A DNA stretch of 62,481 nucleotides. It comes from Catajapyx aquilonaris (Eukaryota). The position numbers and the translations under genes were made by a program. Below the pieces are notes generated by a model. It saw only the letters and a program-made list of their open reading frames with translations. It made no database searches and had not been told where the DNA came from. Shown here one piece after another: positions 49,057 to 62,481 of the stretch (the first letter of the stretch is position 1; each line of letters begins with the position of its first letter). The stretch spans positions 1-62,481 of the forward strand of contig KZ538553.1 in the NCBI GenBank assembly GCA_000934665.2, written 5' to 3'.

Positions 49057-50540
49057 TACCTTAAAATAAGTTGAGCACAACACATTTCTATCATGCCAGA
49101 TGTGCATTTTGGTCGCGTAGGTCAAATTACGGCAATCCCACATGTACGTAGTTGGTGGTCAGCATTATTTTTGATTCCTTGTTTTGATAACGGATGTCGA
49201 GGCCTGTAAATTCAGGGAGAAAACGGCGCTTGAAGCCGCTTAAAATATTCTCACAAGTGGGCTGTTCCATTGTGCGATAGGGATTGATGCCCGCGTTGAA
49301 GTCTCTCCCGCAGACACGAAGCTCGTAGCTGACCAGGACCTCACGGATAGTTTGGCTGCCCCGCCCGGCTGCGATGCCAAACTGGCAAGCAAATGTGTGT
49401 ATGACCTTATTGCCAGTTTAATAGCATCGTATCTCCACATTACCCCTATTGGTTTTATCTAACTCGTGGGGGATTCCACTTTTTTTTTGTTGCCCTTTTG
49501 GCCATTTCTCATGTCGTGGCCACACCAGAGTCAGCTGTCGCTCCTGCCCTCCCTGGCCATCACCCAGGGGTGCTTGGGACAATTTATGTCGTGGTGGGTT
49601 AGTAGGAAACAAAGATCTCATGCCAGCAGGGATAATGAATGGTTACCAGAACGAGAGACGCGGAGTCCAACTTTAATTGATTTCTTAAAGACGCCACATA
49701 GGCCACGAGGGGTCTTCCTTTTAGGCCTGCAGGTTAAACGAGTAAAAAATGGGCGTCATGCCTATGTGTTGAACCAACCACTTTGAATGGAAGACATTGT
49801 CGAGACTATTGAGGCGCATTTTTATGGTTGTAGACCACACAAGTTGAAGCCAGAAGTGGAGACTTCTGCGAATGTGTTGCATCTGCTGGTATACGATGTA
49901 ATTTTGCCACGTGTCTTGGTGTTGTCATCTTCACCATCTACATATAGTCAGAGTTTATCTGTGCCATGCATGTGGGTTAAATAGAATGTCCGTCGTGACG
50001 TATTCAGTTAACCGGCAGGACCAGACTTTGGGCGATTAGCATTCACGTCGACTGCAAGGCTTGGCTGCAGCAGAGAGACGGAGGGCGGTTTTTGGGTGGG
50101 GGGGCATCTTGATATGAATATGTAAAATGTAAAAATGAGGTTCCTTCATCATCAGTCAAGTTAATCTCGCGTTTCCTCCTATAGCGATTCGGGAGATAAA
50201 TTACTGTCCGATGTGATCCGAATACGACGGGATAAAAGCGCCCACCCGAAAAGCGTCGTCTCCCCATGTCGGACTCTATGAAGACGAAGGACCTTCTGAG
50301 TGAGCAGCATAACAATTCGGTTATTGCGCATTATTATGCCTACGACGACATCTCGTGAAATACTGTCGCAGTGACTCGGCAAAGACGTGTCCCATGTATA
50401 CAGTTGGAGGAAAAAATGAGGCAAAAAGACGCCTTTGCAAGGGTACGCCCACATCAATTTTCTGCCTCTAAACTGTACAGAGTTAATGAATTTTATTGTT
50501 ATTATTAGACGTGTCTACTCAATTTGGTCGAAGTTATATA

Positions 50541-50746
50541 CCGTCAATTGGGGTGAGATTGTGCCAAGTGGGGTGAGATTGTGCCAGTGGATTTTTTGGG
50601 GGACAACAGTGCGCCCTACCGGGAATTTTACTCATCACTGACCATCTATCCCTCAATGTAGTGAAATATGCCTAAATTCGCTAGTTTACGCCTGCTGCCA
50701 ACTGTTGTCCAAAAATCACCTGGCACAATCCCACCCCAATTGACGG
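50541..50746. mobile_element. MITE (206 bp), TA TSD
   Basis: TA|CCGTCAATTGGGGTGAGATTGTGCCA...TGGCACAATCCCACCCCAATTGACGG|TA; the left subterminal motif is duplicated. Confidence 0.85.
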
Positions 50747-53700
50747 TACTAGTTTAATTGCTTATAATACAGACGCTGGGGATCGAAATATTTTAACCAA
50801 AAGCACAAACAAGAGGGTGTTGTTTAACTCGGTCGAACAATTTGTAACATGCCCATGTTATAACTGTGTCACGTGGAGTGTGTGGCGTTATTTATACGAG
50901 CGACGCCCACTTTGGGATCACACACCTGGTGTACCCCCGTTTTCTCATCAGGTAAATGCTCAGTAAATTTCGCGTCGCCACCTGCAGTGTCGCGCACGCG
51001 CACCGGACACCCATTCCGCAATTACTTTCCCGTAATGACCCCCGCACACCTTTTTTTTTTTTGTATTGTCAGAAAAAGGGGCTTCCAGCCTGTATTCCTC
51101 TTCCTGTCCTGTCCAGCCTCAAGTATGCCGATCAAGTTTTCATTATCAGCATGAGCCGCCAATTCAAACCTGTTATACCGAAGCTAATTGATTAACATGC
51201 ACCCTTTTTTTTCATCATCATCTTCTTCTACCCCCCTCCTTTCATTTTATAATATATATTCTCCCCGGTGAGGGCCGTGAGTTTTTGGTGGGTTGGGGGT
51301 TGGCAGGAGGGGGCAGAGAAAAACAAACACAGGGGTGTGTAGCCTGGAGGGATGGCCAATTATCCGGCCCCCCGTGGGGTCAACCGGGAGAAAGCTGCAG
51401 GGAAGCCCCGGAGAATCCAGCAGGGTCCAGGGAGTTGCCTTCCAAAATTATGTGGCCATTTTGGAACCAGTAAGTTACAACGGACCGGATAAAAAAATAA
51501 TTTTAAATCAGAGGGTCCATTTCTGGGTTGGTGGTATCATAGATTTTTGTAGTGTAATTACAGGGCAGCCATATTTGGTGGGTGTTCGTTTATCACCCCA
51601 GCGGGTGATATCAGATGATAAAAAAAAGAGTCCCCAAGTGCCCAATAGTGTAGTACCCCTCCCACGCAGACTAATTGGATAGGGGAGGGTCACTCTAGTT
51701 GATAGGTGCAGATGGGAATGCAGACCTACTGGATCAAAAAACCTGATTATTCTTTGCTGTGTTGTGTCTCACCCTCGAGGGATGATGCACAGAAGGAGGG
51801 TTATGTTATTTGCCAACATGGAAAAAGACCTTGCTTGCACTTTCGTTTAAAATCAGCCTCCGGGCCTAGAATGTGCTGATAGCTGATTGCTGCTCTGATG
51901 ACTTGGATGGCCCATTTGGACAACCTTTCACTCGCAGAAGTGGCTCAAAAAAGTCCTCGAATCGGTAATTATGCTTGTTGCGAGAATGTTAATTCGAGTT
52001 TTTTAAAAACCACTTGTAAACTACATCTGTGGCAGGATAATAATGCTGATAATGCATGATGAAATGACCATTTTAAAACTTGAAAATTAATCGTGTCCGC
52101 CTGCCTAAAGGGTTTTAAAATGATTTGTGTACCCAACAAGGGCATTGACATGCATTCTTGTATAGCTTCAAATGATTTCAAATTTCATGTAAAAAAAAAC
52201 ACACATACTTGTAACCTTAGCATTTGAGAAGATACTAGTCGCAATAAATCCGTGCATTTTTGTGAAATATTATTATATACAGTAATAACAATATAGAATA
52301 AGTTTATTAGGGTGTATATGGGCTATGTAATATTGTAGGGGCAACTTCCTCGTAAAAAGGTGTTACCATATGGGGTATAGTAAAATAAATCAATATACAG
52401 TAACTGAATAATATTTTATCCACTCCGCCTGTTTGTAACTTAAGAACGAAAGGTCAGTTACGTATGGAACGGTATGGCGTATAATGGATATATATTCATT
52501 ACTAATATTGCAAGAGAGAGGCCAGTAAAATTGCTGATAACGAACCCTGAGTTTGAAACTCCAGACCCCGGAGGCATATCCGTGGTGTTGAGCGACCAGA
52601 TAAATAAAGTATAATAATTTGTGGGAGGAACCGTGTAGTAAAAAAGCAGATGTTTACACTTGAAGAGCAGTTATTAAGAGGGCTGCAGTAGAAGAGCCAT
52701 CTTATCCACGTGATAACAGAATATACGGACAAGACCACCCAGGTTACTTGACCCGGGAAAAATAGCCGGTTGTACAAGATGAATCGAAGTGCAAGAGTGC
52801 TGAAAACACGATAAATTATCTAACCCGGACCAAGGGGTAAAAGAAGAGGGGGGTGTTTGAAGAAAAGAAAAAGGAAAAAAGAGGAAGGAAAAAAAAAAAA
52901 AGTATTAGGATATACGGGACTTGTTCGAACCCCGCCCGGACTTGAGGGGGGGTTATTTACAAGCTGGCATTTGTGATGGGTCGTCCGAAAGTTAAAGAAG
53001 GGGGGAAAAAACAGAGTTTGTGGAGCAATGGGCGCCATCGTGGCGTAATAAAGTCATAATGGTGTCCTGAGGGTCCCAAGGGCCCTTAGCCAGCGAAATG
53101 GGCTACTATTCTTCCAGTTAAGCACCTGAACCCTAGAGACATTCCGTGCTGTAAATTCTTTGTGTATATACTACAAGGAGGAGGAAACGGGGCGGAAGTT
53201 TGTGGTCATTCCTGGTCAAAAGTTCGACATTTTGTTTCGAATGGTAGAGGACAACATCGCGTGCCAGCTGTCATATATGTAACCCCACTTGAGAAGCCGA
53301 CAATATTCCCAACCCGCCCACTTGAAAGTTTTGGAAGAAATAAAAATAAAAACCCAGGGGTTTCTTCTGCCAGGTTCCTTTTCAGATTCCCTCCCGAAAA
53401 CTTAACCATTCTGCTTGAGCGCGCGTGAAAAGAAATGATCCCAAGGTGAAAGGAATTCGGTTTCCTTTTTTGTGTGTGACCCCCTGGTCCAGTTCTGGTC
53501 CCGACATAAATCCCTGCCCCATCAAGCATAATCATTACTTAATCATGCATAATGCGCGTTTTTTGGAGCACGGAACTGTAACCTGGGTGGTCGAAAAATT
53601 TCTGACCCTGGGTTCTGGTTTTTTGGCGTCTCTCTTTTTTTTTATGAAGGTGGTCATCCAGAGTCTGTCCGAAGGGACTATCAGTGCAGTTTGTGGCATG

Positions 53701-54859
53701 CGCATATTTCTTTGGCGTCTGGTTTCGGAAGGCAATAAATCCGGTCGTGGTGCCCTGATAGGAAGCCCGAATTCCTGACCCTATCGTGCCAGCATCCCTC
53801 ATAAACAAAAGAGGGGTGAGTTGGACGGGGGTAGGGGGGCACTCCCAACAAGGCCACCTCTCATTAGGACTGCACCCCCTTTGGTTTATTTTATAGCTGT
53901 CCCGCAACACTCCCAAATATACACTCCACCCTATGGGCTGTGGTTGTCTACAAACTCGCGCAATTTGTAACCAGTTTTATGGAAAACGAGAATTCCAGAG
54001 TTTGAGGAAGAATTTGTCTGTAAATCTCGGCTGAGGAAAGAGCTGCTGGTTGCACCTGCGGCCTTCACACACTTAACAGTTTTACCACCGTTTTGAATGG
54101 CAGCTTTGCCAATAAAAAGACGTGTACTGCCGGGTACCTAGGTTGCAATGCCTCGTGTAACCCGCAGGTGGCACAAGTAGCACCAGTACTGATCGCATAA
54201 AACATGGTTGTATCCAGTTGTATGGACCAAACATGGCGGCACATGCCACACCTTACATGTGATCTGTTGGAACTCGATGCTCCTCTGGCTTGGAAATATT
54301 CATTCGGGCTTACACTTGAGGGTGATATATTGACGTCACATATGAACAGCCCACCGAAATGGGCGTCCATTAGAGGAAACGGCGCAGGGCTAGTCGGTGG
54401 ATGGATGGCGATGGCCCCCAATTAGAGGTGGGCAACCGCGGCGCAGGGAAGCTTCCGGAGAAGGGAGTCCGCGTCCGCCATTGTTTCATGTCTGGACTGG
54501 GAGGCGACCCGTGCCCAGCGTGGGGGCAAACCCAGCCACTTCTCTCTTCTTTCTTTATTTCTTTTTTTGTTTTTTTGTTTAAATATAGAGGGTCCTCCTG
54601 ACCTCCTGGAGCAGCCTGCCACATCTGTCATCCGCCTAAAGACAGGTTGTGTATAGGGTGCCAACTGCCAAGGGTGCAGCCCCCACCAAATCTGATCGCG
54701 TACCAATTCCCAAATTTAGCGACTCCAGCAAACTTGCTAGGGTAGACGTGTGGTCTGATTTGTCACATGACAGGTTTGCAAACTTTTGAAAATAAACAAG
54801 TGGCTGCAGTGTTGGTACAACAGGTAACATGACACTTTCTATAGGTTACACCCCTGTGA

Positions 54860-55200
54860 GATATTTTTGTTTCACTCTAAATAATTTTTTTGTGTGTTTT
54901 CCGCTCGATTTGAGTGATTTTCACTTCTACTTGATTTGAATCCCATTCTTTTTGAGTGAAAATCACGCGATCACTTGAGTGAATATTTTCGCTCAACATG
55001 AGTGATCATTTCACTCAAATTGAGCGAAGTGGGATGTTACTCAATGAAAGAGGAATCTCCCAGTCCTTTTCACTCTTCGTTCGAGTAATTTTCCACTCGA
55101 TTAGAATTAAAGTAAATCTTTGCAGAGTAATATTCACTCAAGAAGAGCAGTGTGCGAAATTGCTCTTTTTTGAGTCAAATTTTCACTTGATTTTTTTTAG
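54860..55200. repeat. Degenerate region with recurring GAGTG/CACTC motifs, probable decayed TE
   Basis: Many TTGAGTGA / TTCACTC occurrences in both orientations; ends not resolvable. Confidence 0.4.
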
Positions 55201-55949
55201 TTGTTCTTGAGGATTTATTATCTGGAAAAATATAATGATTTGTTTGCAAATTTGCAAATTGGAGCATGTTGGTTGATCACCAGCTGTGCGATGGCCAAAA
55301 AAAGGTTCCTGATTGATTTCAAGTTTTCCAGCCTGAACTTTTACGTGTCTATTGGATACCTGTACCCCCAACGGAGCAGTGACGTATAGGTTGATGATTT
55401 ACTGACCGTTTTTTTCCCCCTCTCTCCATCCCCCCCATTCACGGACAAGTCATGGTGCCTCACACAGAACAATCCTGCCCAATCTGTCGAACTGGAAATG
55501 GATGATGTAATTGCAGGCTCTAGAGGGGCCCTCTTTTCTAAAGGCATGGCAGGAACTCCCTTAAATGATTATCCCAATAATTGTTAATTCCTCCCCTTCC
55601 CCCCACTCCCCTGTGGTCTCCCCCCTTCTTTGCCCCCCCCTTTGCCCGCCCTTCGTCCCACACTCCACCTCCTATGGGTTGATAAGAAAAAGAGAAGGGA
55701 CCTTGGTGCCTTTTGATGAATGGGGCAGGGGCCGAGGGGCGAAGAAGGCTCGCCATACCTGCTCTTTAGCCTGTTTGTTTTTTCGGATGAGTTATGGCCC
55801 CTCTTAACTGATACTTTCGTCGCTGAACGGAAGGGAGCGTTGCGTTCACCATCTGCGATATTTACACAAATATTAATTCCGCCAAATATTTTTGCACCAT
55901 CTGGATCCTCCCTTCTGATTATTATCGGATTTATTTATCTATTTATTTA

Positions 55950-56195
55950 CTAGCAGAGTACCCTTTCTTCGCACGCGAATTGAATTATATACTGTATATT
56001 GAATTAGTGGTAGAAGAGTGGCGATGGCCAAGGATGACCTCGGAGGTCAAGTCCAATGTGGTTATGACCTTCCCAGTAAAAAACTACCCCTAATCATTCC
56101 TCTGGGGCATATGTCGTGGCCTCCGTATGGATTTGTATTGGTATCAAGAGGACAGACGGATATACGTCGAGAAATATGTATTAATATATAATATA
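55950..56195 (-). mobile_element. Probable Helitron remnant of a second family
   Basis: Plus strand A^CTAGCAGAGTACCC..CTTCGCACG resembles a reversed Helitron 3' end. The other end, GACAGACGGA...TATTAATATATA, resembles insect non-autonomous Helitron 5' ends. Confidence 0.45.
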
Positions 56196-57336
56196 ATATT
56201 GTTGTTGTTAATTATCCGCAGGATTGCTGAGTAACTTTTTTTAATTATAATATTTTGCACCGCCAATTTTAATTTGTGGCCACTGGTATGGAAGCCTAGA
56301 CGATATTTGTCTATTTATCGTGAGTGGAAGCTCGAATTTAATAAGAACCGGGGCGGCGCATGGAAGCCAAGACTTTTTTTTAAAAAACATGGACGTAGAA
56401 TTGATTCCATGTTTGGGGGCCCCCATGCTCACACATTGCGAGGAAGATGAGGTTTTCGTGCGTGCCCATCAAGTGCAAGCAGTGAAAGAGGAGGAGGAGG
56501 GGAAGGTGGGGAGAGAGAATATATATAAAAAAAAAAGAGTGGAAGAGGAGGGCAAAGCTCCATTTTGAAGTGTCCCCCCCTGAGAAGTGGCAGCCCTGCC
56601 CCGCCCTCTAATAAAAGGCCCAGGCGCATCCGGACGGCCCCCTTGTCATGTAGACCCTACAATGTTCCGGAGAAACGTGGTCCGGAGACAGCTTTAGCAG
56701 GATTCGCATGTGGGGCCCATTGTTGATTCAACTCTTGCGATAAATATTGACCCATGGGGCTGCACCTCAATCCAGCAGTCAGGTGAATTTAATGCGAATT
56801 GGTCGTAGTGGTAGGGCAAGTTTATTAATAACTTCTTTTTTTTTTTTTGGCCTGAAGCCATTTTCATGGTTCTAGCGAATTTGCCCCAATCATTTGCAAT
56901 TGCATTTTAGGGAGTTGTTTTAGCTCCTACTTCCAAGGTGACCAATTTTTTGGACCGAGGCCAATTGTCGTCACCGGTTGGAAATGTCACGCATGTTGTC
57001 AGTGACATGAATTAGCAATGAACAAAACCGTTTCATTGCCTTTTTTTTTCAGCTGACAATAGGCGACGATCTGGACTTGTCACGGGGTTTATTCCGAGGG
57101 AAAAGGCATCACAAGCCAGGCGAATAGCAAGAAGTGACTTTATCAGTGGATCTGAGTCCTGCCCCGGGGCCAAACTGCAATCCGGTCTGGCGGGAAAGCC
57201 GTTGAGGTGGCCGGGACGTGTGTGTATACATGCAGAGGTTCGCGAAGCATGGGATCTCAAATCCAAGAGACCATTATCATATGAAAGAAATAAAGGAAGG
57301 AGAGGATGGGAATGGAGGAAGGGGGGGGGGGGGGGG

Positions 57337-57641
57337 NNNNNNNNNNNNNNNNNNNNNNNNNNNNNNNNNNNNNNNNNNNNNNNNNNNNNNNNNNNNNNNN
57401 NNNNNNNNNNNNNNNNNNNNNNNNNNNNNNNNNNNNNNNNNNNNNNNNNNNNNNNNNNNNNNNNNNNNNNNNNNNNNNNNNNNNNNNNNNNNNNNNNNNN
57501 NNNNNNNNNNNNNNNNNNNNNNNNNNNNNNNNNNNNNNNNNNNNNNNNNNNNNNNNNNNNNNNNNNNNNNNNNNNNNNNNNNNNNNNNNNNNNNNNNNNN
57601 NNNNNNNNNNNNNNNNNNNNNNNNNNNNNNNNNNNNNNNNN
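57337..57641. other. Assembly gap (305 N) flanked by poly-G
   Basis: Run of n with G homopolymers on both sides. Confidence 0.99.
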
Positions 57642-60600
57642 GGGGGGGGAAGAAGGAATGGGGGGAAAAGAGGGGGATATACATAATCCCTTGGGTGAGA
57701 TGATAACCCGTCCTAAGGAGGCGGGGTCCTGATCTTGGTGGAGGGTGGCCCGGGGGCATTAAAGGAGAAGAGTCCCAGAGAAGAAGAAGAAAAAAAATGT
57801 AGGGGCAGGGCCCCCCTGTGGAGGTCGGGGGGGCCCCCACCGAGACGTTTGTTTTAGCCGGCCGTGAACTGCCCCTCTCAGCAGGACATCTTCAACTGGT
57901 CGCCTCCACCAGGTTGGAGGTCCCTCTTTTTTTTTTTACTCTCTCTCAGCATCTTGGGAAACTATCTGGCCGGTTCATCAGGATCTATCCCGGAAATTTT
58001 TTGGACAAATATGGAAGCAGCAGCCAGTCAGGCGCTTTTTTTTGCCAGCGGGATAATGAGGATTAATCTCTCAAAACACAAATTAGGGAGACAAATTGAT
58101 AGGACAGAGTCAAGAGGAAAGGCCAACCTTATTTTTTCCGCTTCTTTTAGTTTAATTTGTTTCCAAGATGGTTTGCTGGTGGATGTGGCGAAACCGTGTG
58201 AATTTTTGGTTTATGTCCTGTACATAATACGTGTGTACAGTATGCCAACATTAGAAACATCCGTCTTCTCGCGTGATCTAAAGGCATTTAATGTGACTTT
58301 TTTTCAATAGCAGGAAGACCATAATTTATATATCAGGGTTACGTCCAAAAAATCACAAGGCAGTATAAAATGTAAAGACGCATATGCAGTGGCCTTCGCA
58401 TTTTAAAACAGCACTGAAATTATAACCTTGCGAGTTGTTTGCTGCAGATTGCAGTTTATTATTTAATAATTCCGCGGTAAGTTTAAAAGAGTCAATTTGA
58501 TGAAAGAGATCAGACAATGATAATATACTGTATATATACAGACCTTATTAATTCACTGTGTTTCAAATTGTGCGTTTTCATATGCCAGTGAAAATATCTC
58601 TGAAACAATGGGTTCTATACAATATTTAGTATAGGTATAAATGCACGACTGCCGAAATAAATTTTAACGCCATTGAAGTTTATATCACGTGATTCAGATT
58701 TGTACTGCGCCACGTACTGTCACAAGCTATCAGAATGTACCGAGTAAATTCTGTAGTAAATGGCAGGGGACGTATTGTTGTTGTTATTTTATAGTTCGAT
58801 AAAAACATAATCATATGATTGCGTGCGAGACTGAAGTTTAGTTCCAGTCGCTTAGGTGTGCTATTGCTGTGGTAAAAGTTTAATTCAAGGTTTATTGACA
58901 GCTCAAATGAGCTTGTAAAATAGCATGAGCAGCAAGAATATATGAGACGAAATACACAGTATAACAGTACAATTCAGAGTTCTTTCCAAGAGTACGTAAC
59001 AAATAACTGTGGTCCTTTTTTTCATCGCGCAAATAATGTCCGAGTTAGTAAGTACAAAACAATAGCGAACATTTTATTGCATGGAAATGATATCCAAGGT
59101 TCCGAAATAAAGTGCCTTTCATTTAATGCACTTCTGTTTCATTGTTTTCATTTTATTCTGCAGTCATTTCTCCATTCATCTCACGCTTATTTCTAGTGGT
59201 TTCCCCCCCGTTATTTCTCTCGTGAGTTCTCAATAACGTATAGTTCTCATATTGATTTCTGTGATGAGTTGATTTCATTATTTTCCTCAAACTAATAGAA
59301 AAATTAAATAACCGATCGATTTAGTCAGTTGGGGGGAAAAAAGTGGTGCCAAAAGTGGTTGGTGATGCTATTTCAAATGTATGTAGAAAATGTGAGGTAC
59401 CGGTATATATACCCGCAAATTAAATAAGAAAACACTGTAATTGATTTCGAGAGTACATCGACTCGCCCATCGTTGATTCCCTCGATTCAATAAAACGGCA
59501 AGATGATTATAAGGCCGTGCCTGCCTGAGACTAAACAGCTGTAATTTTGAATTTGTTTCCAAATTGCGGGGTTTCCCCAAGTTCCCCTGTGAAAACCGGG
59601 GGGGAAAAAGGCACAGAGAAAAAAAGGTTAGCTTCCAGATAAATTAAACAGCAGCGTGCCTCTCGGAAATGGTAGGCAACATCGCGTGCAGAGGACCAGT
59701 CAGAATCTTCCTAAAAGCGGAGGACGAATTAATTCTTTGGCCTCGTGTGTTCCCAGACAGGTTCCCGGTGATAATTTTTGGCCCATTTTTTGGAAGAATC
59801 TATAAGGCGCGTTCATGTTATGTGCCAGCAAGCAAACAGGCTCCTTTTTGGTGATCATGTTCATGTTACATTATAATAATGGAGGATCTGCCGGCTGATC
59901 AGGGCGAGTTATTCACGATCCCGGCCCCTGGTAATTAACAAAACTTAAAGACGAGCTCCGTTATGCGTGGTGAACTGATTCGAGTCGATAAATCTTGCAG
60001 CGCCTTGGAAGTGAACACGTTCGCGTGACGTAACTTAATGTTCGGCTAGAAGTCGGGCGAAATTGACTCCCTGTCACGCCGTAATTGTTGTATACGACTT
60101 TTTTTAAGAAATGAAAAAAGGCCCTTGTTCTGCGCTTGCATAATTTTTGCCAAATCATTAATTTTGTCGCAGTGAGAGGCATAACATTCAGAGTGTACTG
60201 CTGTACGTATATACGATAAGTCCTTGTTTCTAAAGCTCACCATCAGCTTATCAAATACTTACAATTCCTTATATAGGTTGGAAGCTAATAAATTAAAACT
60301 TGATAATAGCCCAATGTATTAGAATGCAATGAAAATTTTATGGCAGAGTCATTTAATCATTTGAGGGACGGTGCTTCAATGAATTAAGATAATTTCACTA
60401 CACACTGATTAGTGTACTGGGCTGCTCATCGATTGATAGCAAATTTTAATATCGAATGTGTCACATCGGTGTTTTATGCGATCCGGTTGTACTCCTCAGT
60501 CATGGAGGCGGACGGTCCTTAAAATTGCATGATGCATCAATTTAATTCGCAATAGTTATTTCTAAAATTTATTGCGTTGTATAGAATTGAACACATTGAA

Positions 60601-60699
60601 AACTTTTCGATTCAAGCAGTTCACATTGAAGATACAGTTGCACAGTTTTAGAGAATTCATTGGCTTAAAGAAAAATATCCAGCTAGATATTGACGACTA

Positions 60700-60774
<75 letters not shown>
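60700..60774. repeat. (ACT)25 microsatellite
   Basis: Perfect trinucleotide run. Confidence 0.97.
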
Positions 60775-60812
60775 GACACAGGTAATTTGAAAAATGTGAC
60801 AGTATTATGACA

Positions 60813-61043
60813 CTAGTGAACCCGTTTCCAAATTAGGCAAAGCCTATAATCAGTATGATAGTGACAATCAATCAAACAACATTAATGAGATGGGCCATCG
60901 ATTTCCCACGTAGTACAATTCTTCACGCATAGATGGCACATGCTCATACTCCCTTTAGACACTCCTGCCACCCTCAGGTCGTGCGAGAGATGAAACTCAC
61001 CAGTCGGACAACATCCGACGGAGAAAATATAAATTAGGAGAAA
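60813..61043 (-). mobile_element. Short non-autonomous Helitron-like repeat, copy 4
   Basis: A^CTAGTGAACCCGTTTCCAAATTAGGCAA...ACTCCTGCCACCCTCAGGTC...GTCGGACAACATCCGACGGAGA...TTAGGAGAAA. Confidence 0.7.
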
Positions 61044-62481
61044 CATTATTTCTTTTATTGGAGACATTTCTGACATTTTCGTTACCAATTCAGTTCATCT
61101 TCTTGCATTTTGCATTGCCATTGATGTGTTATTATTGTACGTAATTAGAGGTATTTCCATTACCCAGCTGCTCCCATGCTGCCATTTGGGATGAAAGTAA
61201 ACACAGGCCATCACTGACGCCATGTTCAGTTCGGTTTAATTACGATGATGAACGTTCCCCCAGTGATAATCCCCGACTCTCCCGTTCAATTCACCTGTAA
61301 GAGGGAAGCGTTAGCAGGGCCAGTGACAGAGACAAAGAAAAGGATTAAGGCAAAGGATGGGTTGTTTTTCGAAGCCAGGCCCGTGTAACAAGGTGGGCAA
61401 ATATAAAACGAGTGGATGGGTCGTCCTCCTGGGCTGCTGGCTTGGCTGGCATGGGTTGTTCCGGCGCCCCCTGTCTATCCGGGGGTCCCGGGTTCTTATG
61501 GAAAGCGTGCTGGTCACGGTGGCGCCGTCGCCGCATTCTTTTTCAGTCCATCCGCCGTTTTGTATGCAGCAAACCACCTTCCAAGGATGGCCCTGCTCTC
61601 GGTTGCCCAGCACCACACTCACGCACAAAAACACACTCACTTTTGCCTCAAAATCGGTTTGACAACGCAACCAACCTTATTAAACCAGGCGTGGTTGCGT
61701 TTGATTGCTTGCCCCCAACGGGGTTTGTCGGTGCGTGGGTGCGTTTGCACCTTTTCGAGGCCGCGCAATTATATTGGGGAGACTATAAAAAAGTGAAAGG
61801 CGCAACTATCGTGTTTTTTTTTTTGACGCGAATTGTCTCGTGTCACCGACTGTCATGCGGGCTGATGCACGATGTGGACATTCAAGTACGTTCACTTTGA
61901 GCTATGCTCTCAAGTGTTTGCGCAAGGACTGGTATAGTAATTGAATGGGCACTTAACCATTAGTCCCGTAGCGCAGCGGGGTTCTTCACCATATAGAATG
62001 CAGCTCTAAGGTCATTTTATATACATTGTGTACAGCAGGCATGATTGATAAATGCTGCACGTTTGTCCAGTTATGTTTTTGACTGATGTTGGCTACCTAA
62101 TGTGCATGGACGAGTTTTATGACTCAGTGTACCAATATTAATGGCAACCGAATCACTTCTCAGAAATGGTTTTTCATATATATTCCCAATAATTATTCAT
62201 ATACGTATTTATTAATGTTCTCCCTAAAAGGGATCCGCCCTTTAACAGGGTTACATAAGTAAGAAATAAATACCTGTAAGTACGTATTTAATAATATTGA
62301 TTTGCATGTATATAGTGATGACTTAGCCATCAATTTTATGGATAATGGAGCAATTTATTGTGCAGTTTTCTGTACGGTTCACTTTGTGACCCGAGCGGCA
62401 GGGTACGCACATAAGAAAATCAAGATGGGTTACGTTCAAGCACAGTCTGTTTATTTTCAATCAAATGAGTACGTAAGGATA

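Noticed and set aside
57202..57840. Long ORFs spanning 57.2-57.8 kb
   Set aside because: Artefacts of reading through the N gap.

Overview
Eukaryotic (insect-like arthropod) genomic DNA, not prokaryotic. The window lies inside a large + strand neurobeachin/rugose (AKAP550, LRBA family, BEACH-domain) gene. Twenty-six GT-AG exons between 27292 and 46000 splice in consistent phase into about 2330 codons, including two candidate cassette exons. They cover the ConA/LamG-like domain, the DUF4704/ARM region, a 2.1 kb acidic exon, DUF1088 and the start of the PH domain. The N-terminal exons and the BEACH/WD40 exons were not found, so about 1-27 kb and 46-62 kb are interpreted as very large introns. 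Positions 1-2813 hold the 5' half of an apparently intact antisense Ty3/gypsy LTR retrotransposon: a 332-bp LTR, a tRNA-Leu primer-binding site, gag with a CCHC knuckle, a GGGAAAC -1 frameshift site with a hairpin or pseudoknot, and an open protease-RT frame. One intron (41.3-43.7 kb) contains a three-layer nest of DNA transposons: piggyBac-like > long-TIR Tc1/mariner > a 5-bp-TSD element. Also present are four copies of a short Helitron-like repeat, several MITEs, microsatellites and an assembly gap. I found no evidence for a wholly new biological system. The best leads are the frameshift element, the nested transposons and possible alternative splicing of the acidic exon.
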